46,408 nucleotides of DNA from Alphaproteobacteria bacterium (GCA_050175015.1 JBFXJJ010000017.1:1-46408); one strand, 5' to 3'. Counted from the stretch's first letter, positions 33,448-44,129 are shown. Notes: generated by a model from the letters alone, not told the origin. Made by a program: numbers and translations.

Positions 33448-34431
33448 TTATGCTGTTGCAAGCAAACTTTCTTTAATATCAAAAAGTTTTTTTTCAGAAG
33501 AATTATTTATTTCCTCTAAACACACCAATTCATAAGCATTTTTGTCAGCAAGAAGTTTTTTTACTAACTGGTATGTATGAGCATGACCAGAATACGAAGC
33601 CTTAAAATCGCCTATAATTGTATGCCCAGAAAGATATAAATCCCCAACAGCATCAAGAATCTTATGACGGACGAATTCATTATTATAACGAAGTCCATCT
33701 TCATTAACAACGCCGTTTTCATCAATAACAACAGCATTCTCTAAAGAACCGCCTTTTGCTAAGCCAAGGGAACGAAGCTGCTCAACTTCGTGAGCAAAAC
33801 CAAAGGTTCTAGCTTTTGCTATCTCTTTTTTAAATGCTTTTCCAGAAAGTTTAAAATTCATCTCTTGCTTTCCAATAACGTCAGCAGCAAAATCAATCTC
33901 AAAATTGATATTAAGTTCAGCAGAATTATTCGGAGATAGCGTAACTTTAGCGTTGCCATCAACAACACTAACTTCTTTTAAAACTCTAATAGCGTACTTT
34001 GGAGCATCTTGATTTATGATGCCAGCACATTCAATTAGGAAAACAAAAGCCCCTGCACTGCCGTCCATAGCTGGAACTTCAGGTCCATTAATCTCAACTT
34101 CAGCATTATCTATTCCCAAAGCGTGGAAAGAAGCCATTAAATGCTCTACTGTTGCAACTTTAGCATTAGCCGAATTTCCGATACAAGAACACAATTTGGT
34201 GTCAGAAACACTTGAAACATGAGCTGGAATTAAAATACTGTTACCTAATTCATCGATTCTTCTAAAAATGATTCCTGTATTAGGAGCCGCAGGCTTTAAT
34301 GTCATATAAATTCGGTTTCCTGAATGCAGGCCTATTCCAGAACAACTAATTGGGTTGCGCAGAGTTCTTTGAACAAAAAGCCCTGTTGGTCTATAGCTTT
34401 GATTTTGATATTTTCTTGCATTCATAAACAT
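33448..34431 (-). CDS. lpxC: UDP-3-O-acyl-GlcNAc deacetylase
   Basis: GIGLHSG, TVEHLMA, ARTFGF, EFVRHKILDAVGD, SGH. Confidence 0.97.
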   Translation of the reverse strand: MFMNARKYQNQSYRPTGLFVQRTLRNPISCSGIGLHSGNRIYMTLKPAAPNTGIIFRRIDELGNSILIPAHVSSVSDTKLCSCIGNSANAKVATVEHLMASFHALGIDNAEVEINGPEVPAMDGSAGAFVFLIECAGIINQDAPKYAIRVLKEVSVVDGNAKVTLSPNNSAELNINFEIDFAADVIGKQEMNFKLSGKAFKKEIAKARTFGFAHEVEQLRSLGLAKGGSLENAVVIDENGVVNEDGLRYNNEFVRHKILDAVGDLYLSGHTIIGDFKASYSGHAHTYQLVKKLLADKNAYELVCLEEINNSSEKKLFDIKESLLATA

Positions 34432-34526
34432 TTATATAAGCCTTAAATGAATTTAACTTTTTATATATTTTACTTTTAGCAACACTCTTTCGGCTATTCA
34501 AATCAAGCTTTGTTGCAAGTTGTAAC

Positions 34527-34558
34527 AAAAAAACCCTGAATAAAAAATTCAGAGTTCC
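34527..34558 (-). terminator. Intrinsic terminator of the small gene at 34598-34807
   Basis: Minus strand reads AACTCTGAAT ttttt ATTCAGGGTT followed by a T-tract. Confidence 0.65.
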
Positions 34559-34597
34559 TTAAAAATGTAGAAAATATAATAAATAAAAGGCTTAAAG

Positions 34598-34807
34598 TTA
34601 AACTGTAATATCTAAATTTTGACCTTTGACAGCAGAAACAGGAACATTATTGTCTTGAGAATCCTTTGCATTTTCAACAGCTTGTTCCATAGCTTTCATT
34701 GGAGCCATTGCTTCAACTGTTGCTGTTTGTTTAACAGCATTTAGTGCCATATAACGGCGAATCCCTGCCATTTGCGTAGCCGCACTATTTGAAGAATCTA
34801 TACCCAT
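34598..34807 (-). CDS. Small protein (69 aa), YjfB/putative motility-protein-like
   Basis: Ala/Met/Gln-rich helix ending KGQNLDITV. ATG 34807 has AAGGA upstream and TTGACT-N17-TAACAT at 34871-34843, favouring it over the longer ORF call. Confidence 0.65.
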   Translation of the reverse strand: MGIDSSNSAATQMAGIRRYMALNAVKQTATVEAMAPMKAMEQAVENAKDSQDNNVPVSAVKGQNLDITV

Positions 34808-35203
34808 ATACAATGTATTCCTTAAGATACCTTTAAAATTTAATGTTATTACATTTAATAACAAAAGTCAAACAAGGATAAAATAAAATCCCCTAAAAAG
34901 CGTAGAAAAACCAAGCATTTCGCCTTGTTATTGTTTTTTAACAACTCTTCAATTTAAAGTAGATGCCATTTTATCCCTATCTAGCCTAAATTTAAACATA
35001 CTTGCTAGTTTTGATTCAGCAAATCACTAAGCTTGAAAATTTTGTGTTTCAAATCATCTTAGTAATTAGAAACAAGAGGAACGTTTCGAAATAAAACTTT
35101 CCTCTCATAAATAACATTAACACTATTAGCAATGCACAAGATGAGCGGTTTCATCTTTAAAAAGGTTTGCCGCTCATTGTTTAGACGACGTTCTTAAATT
35201 CGC

Positions 35204-37918
35204 TTATGCGACCCTGCCGTGACAATGTTTAAATTTCTTGCCAGAACCACAAGGACAAGGAGCATTTCTTGGAATATTGCTCCAAGTTGATGGATTCTTG
35301 GGGTCAAATTCGTGCTTAAATGGTTCATGCTTACCGCTCTCAGGAGCACTGCCGCCAGAACCTATCAATGGTGCAGGATTTTCGTGGATTTCATTCATTT
35401 CAACTTCGCTATCATGAGGCATAGGAACGAAATCAGCACCAGTTCTAATTTCTACTCGAGACAATAGATTAATTAAGCGCTCTCTTATTTGGTCAAGCAT
35501 AAATCCAAACAATTCAAAAGCTTCTTTTTTATATTCATTCAAAGGATCTTTCTGACCATATGCCCTAAGCAAAATGGTATGACGCATAGCATCTAATGCT
35601 ATTAAGTGTTCTTTCCAACAAGAATCTACGACTTGCAAAAGCAAGCTTTTCTCTATCATACGCATAACTTCTGGAGAAAACTTCTCCTCTTTTTTGGTCA
35701 TTAAGTTATCAATGAGTTTTAACAATCGATCTCCAACTTCATAATGACTTAGAGAATCATCAACAACCCACTTTCTAACATCGGCTTCAATACCTGTTAT
35801 ATGGTAAATATCTTTGCTCAGACCTTCGTAATCCCATTGATCTGACAGTGTTTTTACAGGGCAGTACGTCTCTAACAAAGAATCAACCCATTCTTGTCTC
35901 ATATCAACAATGGTTTCAGAAACATCTTGCTCTGTCATTATCTCTAGGCGCTGCTCGTAGATAACCTTTCTTTGATCATTCATAACATCATCATATTTTA
36001 AAAGATTTTTACGAATGTCATAGTTACGGTCTTCTACCTTTTCTTGAGCCTTTTCAATAGCCTTATTTATCCAAGGGTGAATAATAGCTTCGCCGTCTTT
36101 TAAGCCCAATTTAACAAGCATTGTGTCCATTCTCTCTGAACCAAAAATGCGCATCAAATCATCTTGCAGCGAAATATAAAACTTAGATTCACCAGGGTCT
36201 CCCTGACGACCAGAACGACCTCTTAATTGATTATCAATACGGCGGCTTTCGTGTCTTTCAGTACCAAGAATAAATAAACCACCTGCATCAAGAGCCTTTT
36301 GCCTTGCATCTCTTATTTCTTCGGTTGTTTTCTTTATTATTTCTTCTTTCAATGCTTCATCTTTAACATTTTCCAGCCTTTGAGCAATTCTCATATCAAG
36401 ATTGCCTCCAAGTTGAATATCTGTACCACGACCAGCCATATTAGTCGCAATCGTTACCGCACCTGGAACGCCAGCTTCTGCAACAATAGAAGCTTCCCGT
36501 TCATGGTGTCTCGCATTTAGTACTTCAAATTTTATGTTAGTCTTTTTCCTTAATAATTCGGCGATAAGCTCTGACTTTTCGATAGAAACCGTACCAACAA
36601 GAATAGGCTGACCTTTTTTCTGGCATTTAGAAATAGTATCAATAATCGCATCATACTTTTCTTCAGCTGTACGGTAAATCTCATCGTTATTATCAATACG
36701 TTTGCAGGGAAGATTAGTTGGGATCTCAACCACTTCTAAACTATAAATATCGGAGAATTCTGTAGCCTCTGTAGCTGCAGTTCCTGTCATACCGGATAAT
36801 TTAGGATAAAGACGGAAAAAGTTTTGGAACGTAATTGAAGCCAAGGTTTGATTTTCAGATTGCACCGCCACCCCTTCTTTAGCTTCAATAGCTTGATGAA
36901 GTCCATCAGAATAACGGCGTCCTTCCATCATTCGACCTGTAAATTCATCAATAATGATAACTTTGTTGTCTTTAACAATATAATCGACATCTTTAGTAAA
37001 TATTTTGTGGGCTTTAAGAGCCTGATCAACGTGATGAACGATTGCCACATTCTGAATGTCAAACATAGAGCCTTCTTTAATTAGCCCAGCTTCTTTTAAA
37101 AGATCTTCGGCTTTAATTAAACCACTCTCACTAAGTGTCACAGATCTTTGTTTTTCGTCTATATCATAATGTTCTTTAGAAAGTTTAGGAATTATACGAT
37201 TTACGCTAATATATCTTTCAGAAGAATCTTCTGAATGTCCTGAAATAATTAATGGCGTTCTTGCTTCATCAATTAAGATAGAATCTACTTCGTCCACAAT
37301 AGCATAGCAGAAAGGTCTTTGAACCAAATCCTCTTTGCTGAATTTCATATTGTCTCTTAAATAGTCAAAGCCGAGTTCATTGTTCGTGCCATAAGTAACA
37401 TCACAAGCATACGCTTCCCTGCGTTCTCTATCAGAAAGATCGTGCACGATACAGCCGACAGTAAGCCCCAAAAAGCGGTAAACTCGCCCCATCCATTCAG
37501 AGTCACGCTTTGCCAAGTAATCGTTAACAGTTACAACGTGAACCCCTTTTCCGAGTAACGCATTTAAGTAAACTGGCAGCGTTGCAACTAATGTCTTACC
37601 TTCACCTGTCCGCATTTCGGCTATACGACCTTGATGCAAAACAATACCGCCAATTAACTGAACATCAAAATGCCTTTGTTTAAGCGTTCTTTTGGCCGCC
37701 TCTCTAACGGTTGCAAAAGCTTCTGGCAAAAGACTATCCAAAGTTTCGCCTTCTTTTAAACGTTCTTTAAATTCAAGAGTCTTTTTTCTTAACTCTTCAT
37801 CAGAAAGCTTCTCAAATTCTTCTTCAAGTTCATTAACGACTTCAATGGAAGATTTTAATCTCTTAAGGTATCGATCATTTGAAGTGCCAAAAATACGCTT
37901 AGCGACATTGCCTAGCAT
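35204..37918 (-). CDS. secA: Preprotein translocase ATPase SecA
   Basis: [36 protein letters not shown], and SEC-C motif [14 protein letters not shown]. Confidence 0.99.
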   Translation of the reverse strand: MLGNVAKRIFGTSNDRYLKRLKSSIEVVNELEEEFEKLSDEELRKKTLEFKERLKEGETLDSLLPEAFATVREAAKRTLKQRHFDVQLIGGIVLHQGRIAEMRTGEGKTLVATLPVYLNALLGKGVHVVTVNDYLAKRDSEWMGRVYRFLGLTVGCIVHDLSDRERREAYACDVTYGTNNELGFDYLRDNMKFSKEDLVQRPFCYAIVDEVDSILIDEARTPLIISGHSEDSSERYISVNRIIPKLSKEHYDIDEKQRSVTLSESGLIKAEDLLKEAGLIKEGSMFDIQNVAIVHHVDQALKAHKIFTKDVDYIVKDNKVIIIDEFTGRMMEGRRYSDGLHQAIEAKEGVAVQSENQTLASITFQNFFRLYPKLSGMTGTAATEATEFSDIYSLEVVEIPTNLPCKRIDNNDEIYRTAEEKYDAIIDTISKCQKKGQPILVGTVSIEKSELIAELLRKKTNIKFEVLNARHHEREASIVAEAGVPGAVTIATNMAGRGTDIQLGGNLDMRIAQRLENVKDEALKEEIIKKTTEEIRDARQKALDAGGLFILGTERHESRRIDNQLRGRSGRQGDPGESKFYISLQDDLMRIFGSERMDTMLVKLGLKDGEAIIHPWINKAIEKAQEKVEDRNYDIRKNLLKYDDVMNDQRKVIYEQRLEIMTEQDVSETIVDMRQEWVDSLLETYCPVKTLSDQWDYEGLSKDIYHITGIEADVRKWVVDDSLSHYEVGDRLLKLIDNLMTKKEEKFSPEVMRMIEKSLLLQVVDSCWKEHLIALDAMRHTILLRAYGQKDPLNEYKKEAFELFGFMLDQIRERLINLLSRVEIRTGADFVPMPHDSEVEMNEIHENPAPLIGSGGSAPESGKHEPFKHEFDPKNPSTWSNIPRNAPCPCGSGKKFKHCHGRVA

Positions 37919-37960
37919 AAGCTATTGCTCCTTAAAATTTTTTAAATTTATGTAAATAAA

Positions 37961-37989
37961 GAAATAGTGTGCGAACAGCATTATGTCAA
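37961..37989 (-). promoter_or_regulatory. Candidate secA promoter
   Basis: TTGACA-N17-TATTTC on the minus strand, about 40 nt before the start. Confidence 0.45.
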
Positions 37990-38110
37990 TCCATTAAGCT
38001 ATATTATTATAAAGTATTTAATCAACAAGCCTTACGGAAGTATTGTCTTTTTATAAATAATATGTTTTAGATGGTTAGTTATTTTTCTATTTTTTAAGGA
38101 ACACTATAAT

Positions 38111-38956
38111 ATGAAAAAACAAATTCTAAAACTTGCAGCTTTATTCATTGCTTTTTTAGTAACAACATCTAACGTAAAAGCGGAAGATAGTGCAAAAACA
38201 TCAACATCAGATGATAAAAAAATTGTTGCAACCATTGGTGATAAAAACTTTTATTTATCAGATGTCAAGCAGCTCCAAGAATCAAATCCTCAATTAAAGC
38301 TAGTTCCATTAGACGTTGTATATGACAACCTTGTTGAACATCTTGTTGATGGTTACTTAGTAACTCAAAAGGCAAGAGCTCTCGGTCTTGATAAAGATCC
38401 AAACGTTGTTGAAGCTATGAAACACGCTGAAGATTTAATCTTAAGAAATGTTTACGTTCAAAAAGAAGTTGCAGCCAAACTTGAAAAAGTAAACTTAAAA
38501 GATATGTATAAAAAACACTTAAAAGAAAATCCATCTAAAGAACAAATTAAAGCCCGTCATATTCTTCTTAAAACTCAAGAAGATGCTCTTAAAGTCATTG
38601 AACAATTAAAAAAAGGTGCTGACTTTGCAGAGCTTGCCAAAGAAAAATCAATTGGTCCTTCAGCACCAACTGGCGGTGACTTAGGTTACTTTGACAAAGA
38701 CGCGATGGTTGCTGAATTTGCTGATGCTGCTTTCGCTATGAAAGTCGGTGATTTTTCTGAAAAACCTGTTCAAACTCAATTTGGCTGGCACGTTATAAAA
38801 ATAGAAGACCGCAAAATGGCAAAAGACCCTACAATGAAAGAGCTGGAACCAACACTAAAAGCAGAATATGCCGAAAATGTTATTGAAGAGATTGTAAAAA
38901 ATCTTCGTTCAAAGACAGAGGTTAAGCTTTTTGATATGAAAGGCAACGCTAAATAA
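38111..38956 (+). CDS. Periplasmic parvulin (PpiC/PrsA-type) peptidylprolyl isomerase
   Basis: Signal peptide (VKA-E), ARHILL, FAELAKEKS, GGDLGYF, TQFGWHVIK. Confidence 0.92.
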   Translation: MKKQILKLAALFIAFLVTTSNVKAEDSAKTSTSDDKKIVATIGDKNFYLSDVKQLQESNPQLKLVPLDVVYDNLVEHLVDGYLVTQKARALGLDKDPNVVEAMKHAEDLILRNVYVQKEVAAKLEKVNLKDMYKKHLKENPSKEQIKARHILLKTQEDALKVIEQLKKGADFAELAKEKSIGPSAPTGGDLGYFDKDAMVAEFADAAFAMKVGDFSEKPVQTQFGWHVIKIEDRKMAKDPTMKELEPTLKAEYAENVIEEIVKNLRSKTEVKLFDMKGNAK

Positions 38957-38958
38957 TT

Positions 38959-39363
38959 ATGGCTAAAAAGCCTCTTTTATTAGTAGTCGCCGGCGCGATT
39001 TTTGATAATAACAATCGGGTGCTTTTAGCTAAGCGCCCGATTGGTTCAATGATGGCTGGTTTATGGGAATTTCCTGGTGGAAAAATAGAACCTGAAGAAA
39101 CCCCTGAGCAAGCTCTAAAACGTGAACTATTTGAAGAATTAAATATCATTGTCGAAGAAAAAGATTTAAAACCTCTTAGCTTTACATCATATGAATATGA
39201 TAAATTCCATCTCTTAATGCCTCTGTTTTCTTGTAAAACTTGGGAAGGCACCCCAATTCCTAAAGAAAAGCAAGAACTCTTGTTTGTAGCAGTCAAAGAT
39301 ATAAATAAATTTGATATGCCCCCTGCTGACTTAGTTCTGCTCAAAGCTTTCAAAAATCTATGA
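38959..39363 (+). CDS. mutT: 8-oxo-dGTP diphosphatase (NUDIX)
   Basis: GLWEFPGGKIEPEETPEQALKRELFEELNI, FHLLMPLF, MPPAD. Confidence 0.9.
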   Translation: MAKKPLLLVVAGAIFDNNNRVLLAKRPIGSMMAGLWEFPGGKIEPEETPEQALKRELFEELNIIVEEKDLKPLSFTSYEYDKFHLLMPLFSCKTWEGTPIPKEKQELLFVAVKDINKFDMPPADLVLLKAFKNL

Positions 39364-39512
39364 CATAAAAGGTAAGCATACCTTTCCTTGACATATAACT
39401 TTAGTAATATCTTAACGTTTCTTTACTATATATCTATAACTAAATATAAATATAATATTTGCTTAAAAAGCATTAGAATAAAAATATAAATTAATTTTAA
39501 GGTATTTTAGTT

Positions 39513-40232
39513 ATGTATATATGGGTCATATTAGCGACTTTTTTTGTAGCGATTGTTGCCAAAACAATCAGCATCAGAGATGACTATGTTGACCTGACTG
39601 TTGTTCCCAAAGCTGAAGGCGTTGTTATCGGCTTAGACGTTTTAGAAAACAGCGTTTTTGCTTATGCTCGGAATGCAAGCAATCCTGTTTCTTATAAAAA
39701 TGGCTGTGCAGGAATAGCTCCTTGTGCAGATAATACCTTATCTGATAGCGATTTGCCTCTTGGTTTTAAGAACCCTTATAACTTTCAATCTTTTATCTTT
39801 TGCTTAAACAAAACCAATACCGATCAGATAGAAGCTTGCAGCAGTGACACTTGGAACTACGCATTAACTTACGGCAAGGTTCCAGAAAACTGGCAAGACC
39901 CAGTAACAACTGAACCTAGATACGAGTTTATCAAAGCTATTTATAAAGCAACCAGCAGTTACAGCGCTGGTATTGTAACGAAAATTGACACCCCGACAAC
40001 AACTACCAATAGCACCGTAATCGGCACTCATTTTGTTATAAGCTCTTTTGGAGGTCATATTGTCCAAAGGTTTGACGGCAGTACGATGATAATGGGTATT
40101 CCAGAAATAGCGATTGACCCCAACTGCGGCGGCATTGCTGGAGGACCTGGAGTTGTCTGCCCAGGAGACATTGCATACATTCAAATAATTCATAATCCAG
40201 TTGGACAAGGAACTCCGCTTCCTGCTCCATAA
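39513..40232 (+). CDS. Hypothetical exported or membrane-anchored protein, possible pilin partner (PilM-like layout)
   Basis: N-terminal hydrophobic helix, amphipathic helix, six Cys; 34 bp upstream of the pilin-like adhesin. Confidence 0.6.
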   Translation: MYIWVILATFFVAIVAKTISIRDDYVDLTVVPKAEGVVIGLDVLENSVFAYARNASNPVSYKNGCAGIAPCADNTLSDSDLPLGFKNPYNFQSFIFCLNKTNTDQIEACSSDTWNYALTYGKVPENWQDPVTTEPRYEFIKAIYKATSSYSAGIVTKIDTPTTTTNSTVIGTHFVISSFGGHIVQRFDGSTMIMGIPEIAIDPNCGGIAGGPGVVCPGDIAYIQIIHNPVGQGTPLPAP

Positions 40233-40266
40233 TGATTTTTAGGAACGTTTTTTTAGGAGGTTCCAA

Positions 40267-43230
40267 ATGATGACATTTAAAAGAAACAGCATAAACGACA
40301 GCGAACGTGGCAGCTTGCTAATTGAAGCTATTGCGATGCTTGGTTTAATATCTATGGTATCTCCTATGCTTTTCAGGCAAACAAATGAACGCCAAAATGA
40401 ATTAGCTGATATTGCTGTGGCTAATCAAACCAGAGTTTTAACTCAAGCGGTTAACGATTTTATGAGGTCTAACCAAACAACGCTTGTCGGCGGAATAATT
40501 CCTGATAACAGCTCTAAAGACTTTTACCTTTATCAATGTATTAATAAAACGGACGGCTCTATTTCTGATTACTCAGGAACCCCAGATGCAAACTTAATGT
40601 GTATGGCGGACTACCTGCCTGAAGGTATTGTTATCGATGCGGGGACAGGAACTTCGGCTCCAAACAGTTTAATTAAATCCTATAAAGTAAGTGTCCGTAA
40701 CGACAACAACAAACTAACAGGAATGCTTGGCGGTGTCGGACGACTTGGCACAGGAAGTGATCCTAACGGCCTTCCTAGAATAAGAGCTTCTCGTATTGCA
40801 TCTATGATTGGCGCTCAAGGAGGATATAGCGTTGAATTAAGCGGCAATACGGCTATTGCTGGAGCTCAGGGAACTTGGCAGATTGATGATGTTTCCAAAT
40901 TTTTTGATACCTCAAGTTTTGACCCGGGACAAGGTAGCATATTTTCAACCACATCATTTGAGCCAACCCAAGAATACACCGATTTTCTCCACCGCGAATT
41001 TAATGGCAACCCTTTGCTTAATACGATGCAAACGACAATGTTCTTCGACCCAGGCTGGGGCATTCAGATGGACGGCGGCAGTATTACCAGTGATAATGCT
41101 GGTGGAACCATTAGATTTGGAGACCCTGCAAGCGGCGGCAACGGCTTCTTACTTGACAGCAGTGTTGGAGCAACCACAACCCTCACAACCTCTGACGGTA
41201 TTACCGCCCGCACAGGAGATATTGCAGCTTTAGCTGGCAATATTGATGCTAGCAATGACGTTATTGCAGGAAACGATGTTGAAGCCACTTTTGATGTTAT
41301 TGCCAATCGAGATGTTCTAGCCGATAACAATGTAAGCGCTGACCAAGATGTGCTTGCTGGGAATAACGTTGACGCAAGTGTTGATGTTCATGCTGGCAAT
41401 GAAGTTGTTGCTGGAAGTGACATCAGATCAACAGGCGGCAATGTTATATCTGAGACCGCCAATGTTGAGGCGGGACTTGATGTTATTGCTGGAAGAGATG
41501 TTGATGCAGGAAGAGATGTTATTGCTCAAGAAAGTATTATTTCAAAAACAGGCGACATTGAAGCCCAAATGGGTAATGTCAGCGCTGCGATTGATGTCAC
41601 TGCAGGCAATGATGTTGACGCTGGTAATGATGTTTATGCTGGCAATGATGTTAATGCTACTTATGATGTTAATGCTGGCAGAGACGTTTCTGCTGGCGAA
41701 AATGTTTTTGCTGAAACTGGCGATATTGAATCACGAATGGGCAATGTCTACGCTAACTTAGATGTTATATCCGATACAGGAAACGTGGAAGCAACCTTGG
41801 GTGATGTCTATGCTGGTGCAAATGTTGTTGCGTCTGATAATGTTATATCCAAGAATGGGGATATTTATACCGAGACAGGAGATATTGAATCGGCTAACGA
41901 TATTTACGCAGCAAATAATATCACCGCCGGGCAAGATGTTATCGCAACAAGAAACGTCGAAGTTGGTCAAGATCTCATACTTAATGGTGATTTTCTAACA
42001 AAAAATGATATTAAGGCCGAAGGTTCTATCGGTGTTTATACTGATATTAACGACACTGATGCCAGAATCGTTATGTATCGAAATGGAGACATAGGTATGC
42101 TTAAAGTACGCAATGGCTCAACCGATCGCATAACTCTTAACGGCGAAGGCTTAGTAAATGTAGGCAGCGACTGGACTGATATGTGGGACTTTGCATCCAA
42201 AGATGCAGATAAAGGTTTAATAACTTCTAACTATATTCAATCGGAAGAAATATATGGCAACAAAGCTTATTTAGAAACCATAGAAACTGCGAATATCGCT
42301 TTAACCCTTTTGGATTCATCTGGTAATCCAATCTTAAGCGGCGGCTATCCTGTGTACTCAGGATTTATCGAAGGTCAGAGCTTTATGTTCGAAAATACGG
42401 ATTCAGGCGGCACAGAGCGAATCCTCAACTTTACTTTGGACGATACCTTTAACGAATTATCTTTTATCCGAGATCAACACGAAACAAGTATTCATACTGA
42501 AGGACACTCCATTTATTTAGATCATACTGGCGACGGCAATTTAGCGGCGGTTATTGGTAGTTATCCAACATCTGACACGGCTGTAAACGGCAGAGGTCTT
42601 TTGCTCTTTGATGAAGTCGGGGTTGAAAAAATCGTGCTTGATAGTGCAACTGGCGATATGATTAATTTTGGCGGCAACTTTTATCTAGCTAATGATAACG
42701 GCGTCAGCTTAACCGAACTTTTGAACCAAAGTAATTCTGGCGTTGCTGTTTTGCGTAATATTGATACTTATGGAGCCTTATATGCAACAGCAAGACTTGC
42801 TCCTGATAGTTTGGTTGGCTATGAAGAAGGCATTGACGAGGCTAATGTTAGATGGAAGTTGTATGCGGATAGTGACTATTCTGGTTCATTAGAATTAGTT
42901 TCTGCCATCAACACCGATACAAACATTTCGATGAATGCTCGACAATTCTATGATACCGAATTGATTGAAGACTATGAAATTACAATCACAGGCAGCTTAG
43001 GTTCAACCAAACTTAATTCAAACGCCTTAACTATCGTAAGAGACAGCGACAGTCGTGAAATTATTGCTGACCTGTTAGAAGGTTTCAGCATTGCCAATGA
43101 AACTGACCGTATCTTTCAAGTTGATATGGAAGGAAATGTTCACCTAGCTGGTTGTTTGCGTGATATGAACGGCAATATAATCCAAGCTGATGTTAATGGC
43201 GTTTTAACAGACATTTGCGGCGGTTTATAA
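40267..43230 (+). CDS. Type IV pilin-like adhesin: PilV/shufflon-N-like N-terminus plus beta-solenoid repeat stalk
   Basis: RBS AGGAGG; prepilin site ERG|SLLIE with Glu at +5; AVANQTRVLTQAVNDF; IASMIGAQGGY...GAQGTW; about 40 DVxAGN-type repeats. Confidence 0.75.
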   Translation: MMTFKRNSINDSERGSLLIEAIAMLGLISMVSPMLFRQTNERQNELADIAVANQTRVLTQAVNDFMRSNQTTLVGGIIPDNSSKDFYLYQCINKTDGSISDYSGTPDANLMCMADYLPEGIVIDAGTGTSAPNSLIKSYKVSVRNDNNKLTGMLGGVGRLGTGSDPNGLPRIRASRIASMIGAQGGYSVELSGNTAIAGAQGTWQIDDVSKFFDTSSFDPGQGSIFSTTSFEPTQEYTDFLHREFNGNPLLNTMQTTMFFDPGWGIQMDGGSITSDNAGGTIRFGDPASGGNGFLLDSSVGATTTLTTSDGITARTGDIAALAGNIDASNDVIAGNDVEATFDVIANRDVLADNNVSADQDVLAGNNVDASVDVHAGNEVVAGSDIRSTGGNVISETANVEAGLDVIAGRDVDAGRDVIAQESIISKTGDIEAQMGNVSAAIDVTAGNDVDAGNDVYAGNDVNATYDVNAGRDVSAGENVFAETGDIESRMGNVYANLDVISDTGNVEATLGDVYAGANVVASDNVISKNGDIYTETGDIESANDIYAANNITAGQDVIATRNVEVGQDLILNGDFLTKNDIKAEGSIGVYTDINDTDARIVMYRNGDIGMLKVRNGSTDRITLNGEGLVNVGSDWTDMWDFASKDADKGLITSNYIQSEEIYGNKAYLETIETANIALTLLDSSGNPILSGGYPVYSGFIEGQSFMFENTDSGGTERILNFTLDDTFNELSFIRDQHETSIHTEGHSIYLDHTGDGNLAAVIGSYPTSDTAVNGRGLLLFDEVGVEKIVLDSATGDMINFGGNFYLANDNGVSLTELLNQSNSGVAVLRNIDTYGALYATARLAPDSLVGYEEGIDEANVRWKLYADSDYSGSLELVSAINTDTNISMNARQFYDTELIEDYEITITGSLGSTKLNSNALTIVRDSDSREIIADLLEGFSIANETDRIFQVDMEGNVHLAGCLRDMNGNIIQADVNGVLTDICGGL
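41236..41970 (+). repeat. Intragenic 18/21-bp degenerate tandem repeats encoding hexa- and heptapeptides
   Basis: For example GCAGGCAATGATGTTGAC GCTGGTAATGATGTTTAT GCTGGCAATGATGTTAAT from 41602. Confidence 0.85.
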
Positions 43231-43251
43231 ACTTATCTTAGATTATGTTTT

Positions 43252-43289
43252 ATGGGTACCTCTTAAATCTTAAGGGGTACCTATTTTTT
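43252..43289 (+). terminator. Intrinsic terminator after the pilin adhesin
   Basis: GGGTACCTCTTAA atc TTAAGGGGTACCT followed by ATTTTTT. Confidence 0.8.
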
Positions 43290-43695
43290 GTTTTTTAGCA
43301 CCTTCCCATAAAAAACTTTTATATAGATAACTCTATCAGAGCATATTTTATTTCATCAGAATGAATACATTTAAATGCCAGATGCTCTAAACAAAATATA
43401 AAAAAGACTCCACGTGGATTTTATTTATAATTTAACCATATATTTATAACATATTGAAAAAACATTGTTTTTTATACATGATCATTTTACTTACAATTTT
43501 ACGCAATAAATAGTTATTAATATCTATTTAGCAGTTTTTTTCTTTTTTGGCTTAAAGGCTGATTTAAAATCATATTTTAAAAAATATCAACCATAAATAG
43601 ATTTGATTTATAAAAGCAATTTAAGGGTTATATATTGTATTAAATACGCAACAAGACTCGAATGTATTGTTATAATAAAATAACAATAAAAAACA

Positions 43696-43806
43696 CTATT
43701 TTACATTTTTTAGTGTTATTAATACAGAACAGTTGTAACTGTTGTTAGGATATAACTGGAATATAATCAAAAACAAGAAACCAAACAAGTTATTTTTACT
43801 AAACAT
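43696..43806 (-). CDS. Inverted leader: RBS, ATG and signal peptide of the GLUG gene (dead-end 36-aa peptide in this orientation)
   Basis: GAAAGGG-N7-ATG; MFSKNNLFGFLFLIIFQLYPNN then SYNCSVLITLKNVK*. Confidence 0.75.
   Translation of the reverse strand: MFSKNNLFGFLFLIIFQLYPNNSYNCSVLITLKNVK
43736..43756 (-). repeat. Left inverted repeat of the invertible segment
   Basis: Minus strand GTTATATCCTAACAACAGTTA; 20/21 identical to 44310-44330. Confidence 0.9.
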
Positions 43807-43859
43807 GGTCTTGCCCTTTCATAAAATAATCAATTAAAAGCAAATTTTTATTTATCTTT

Positions 43860-43888
43860 ATTTTGCTACAGTTTCTGCGTGATTGCAA
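43860..43888 (-). promoter_or_regulatory. Candidate promoter inside the invertible segment
   Basis: TTGCAA-N17-CAAAAT on the minus strand, about 55 nt upstream of ATG 43806. Confidence 0.4.
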
Positions 43889-44129
43889 GAATAAAAAATG
43901 ATGCCAAATTGTAATTGTAAGGGAATTTTTTAGTTCAAATTTTATATTAAATTGTATTAAAACAAGCTCTTAATTGTGTTTTTGTTATCGTTTTTATGCC
44001 TAAAAACAAGCAAAATCTAAAAGCGTAACATTTTGAATTTATTGTGTATTTTTTTAAGGCATTTTTTTGGGTAACTTATGGGTAGCAGATTCATTTATAA
44101 AAAAACGGCAAAGCGAATCTATATTTATA

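Noticed and set aside
41236-41970. Repeat array as CRISPR or DGR template
   Set aside because: Repeats are degenerate, codon-phased and lack unique spacers; there are no cas or reverse transcriptase genes.
40267-43230. Classical R64-type shufflon on the PilV-like gene
   Set aside because: I saw no sfx-like repeats, alternative C-terminal cassettes or rci gene; the gene ends with its own stop and terminator.
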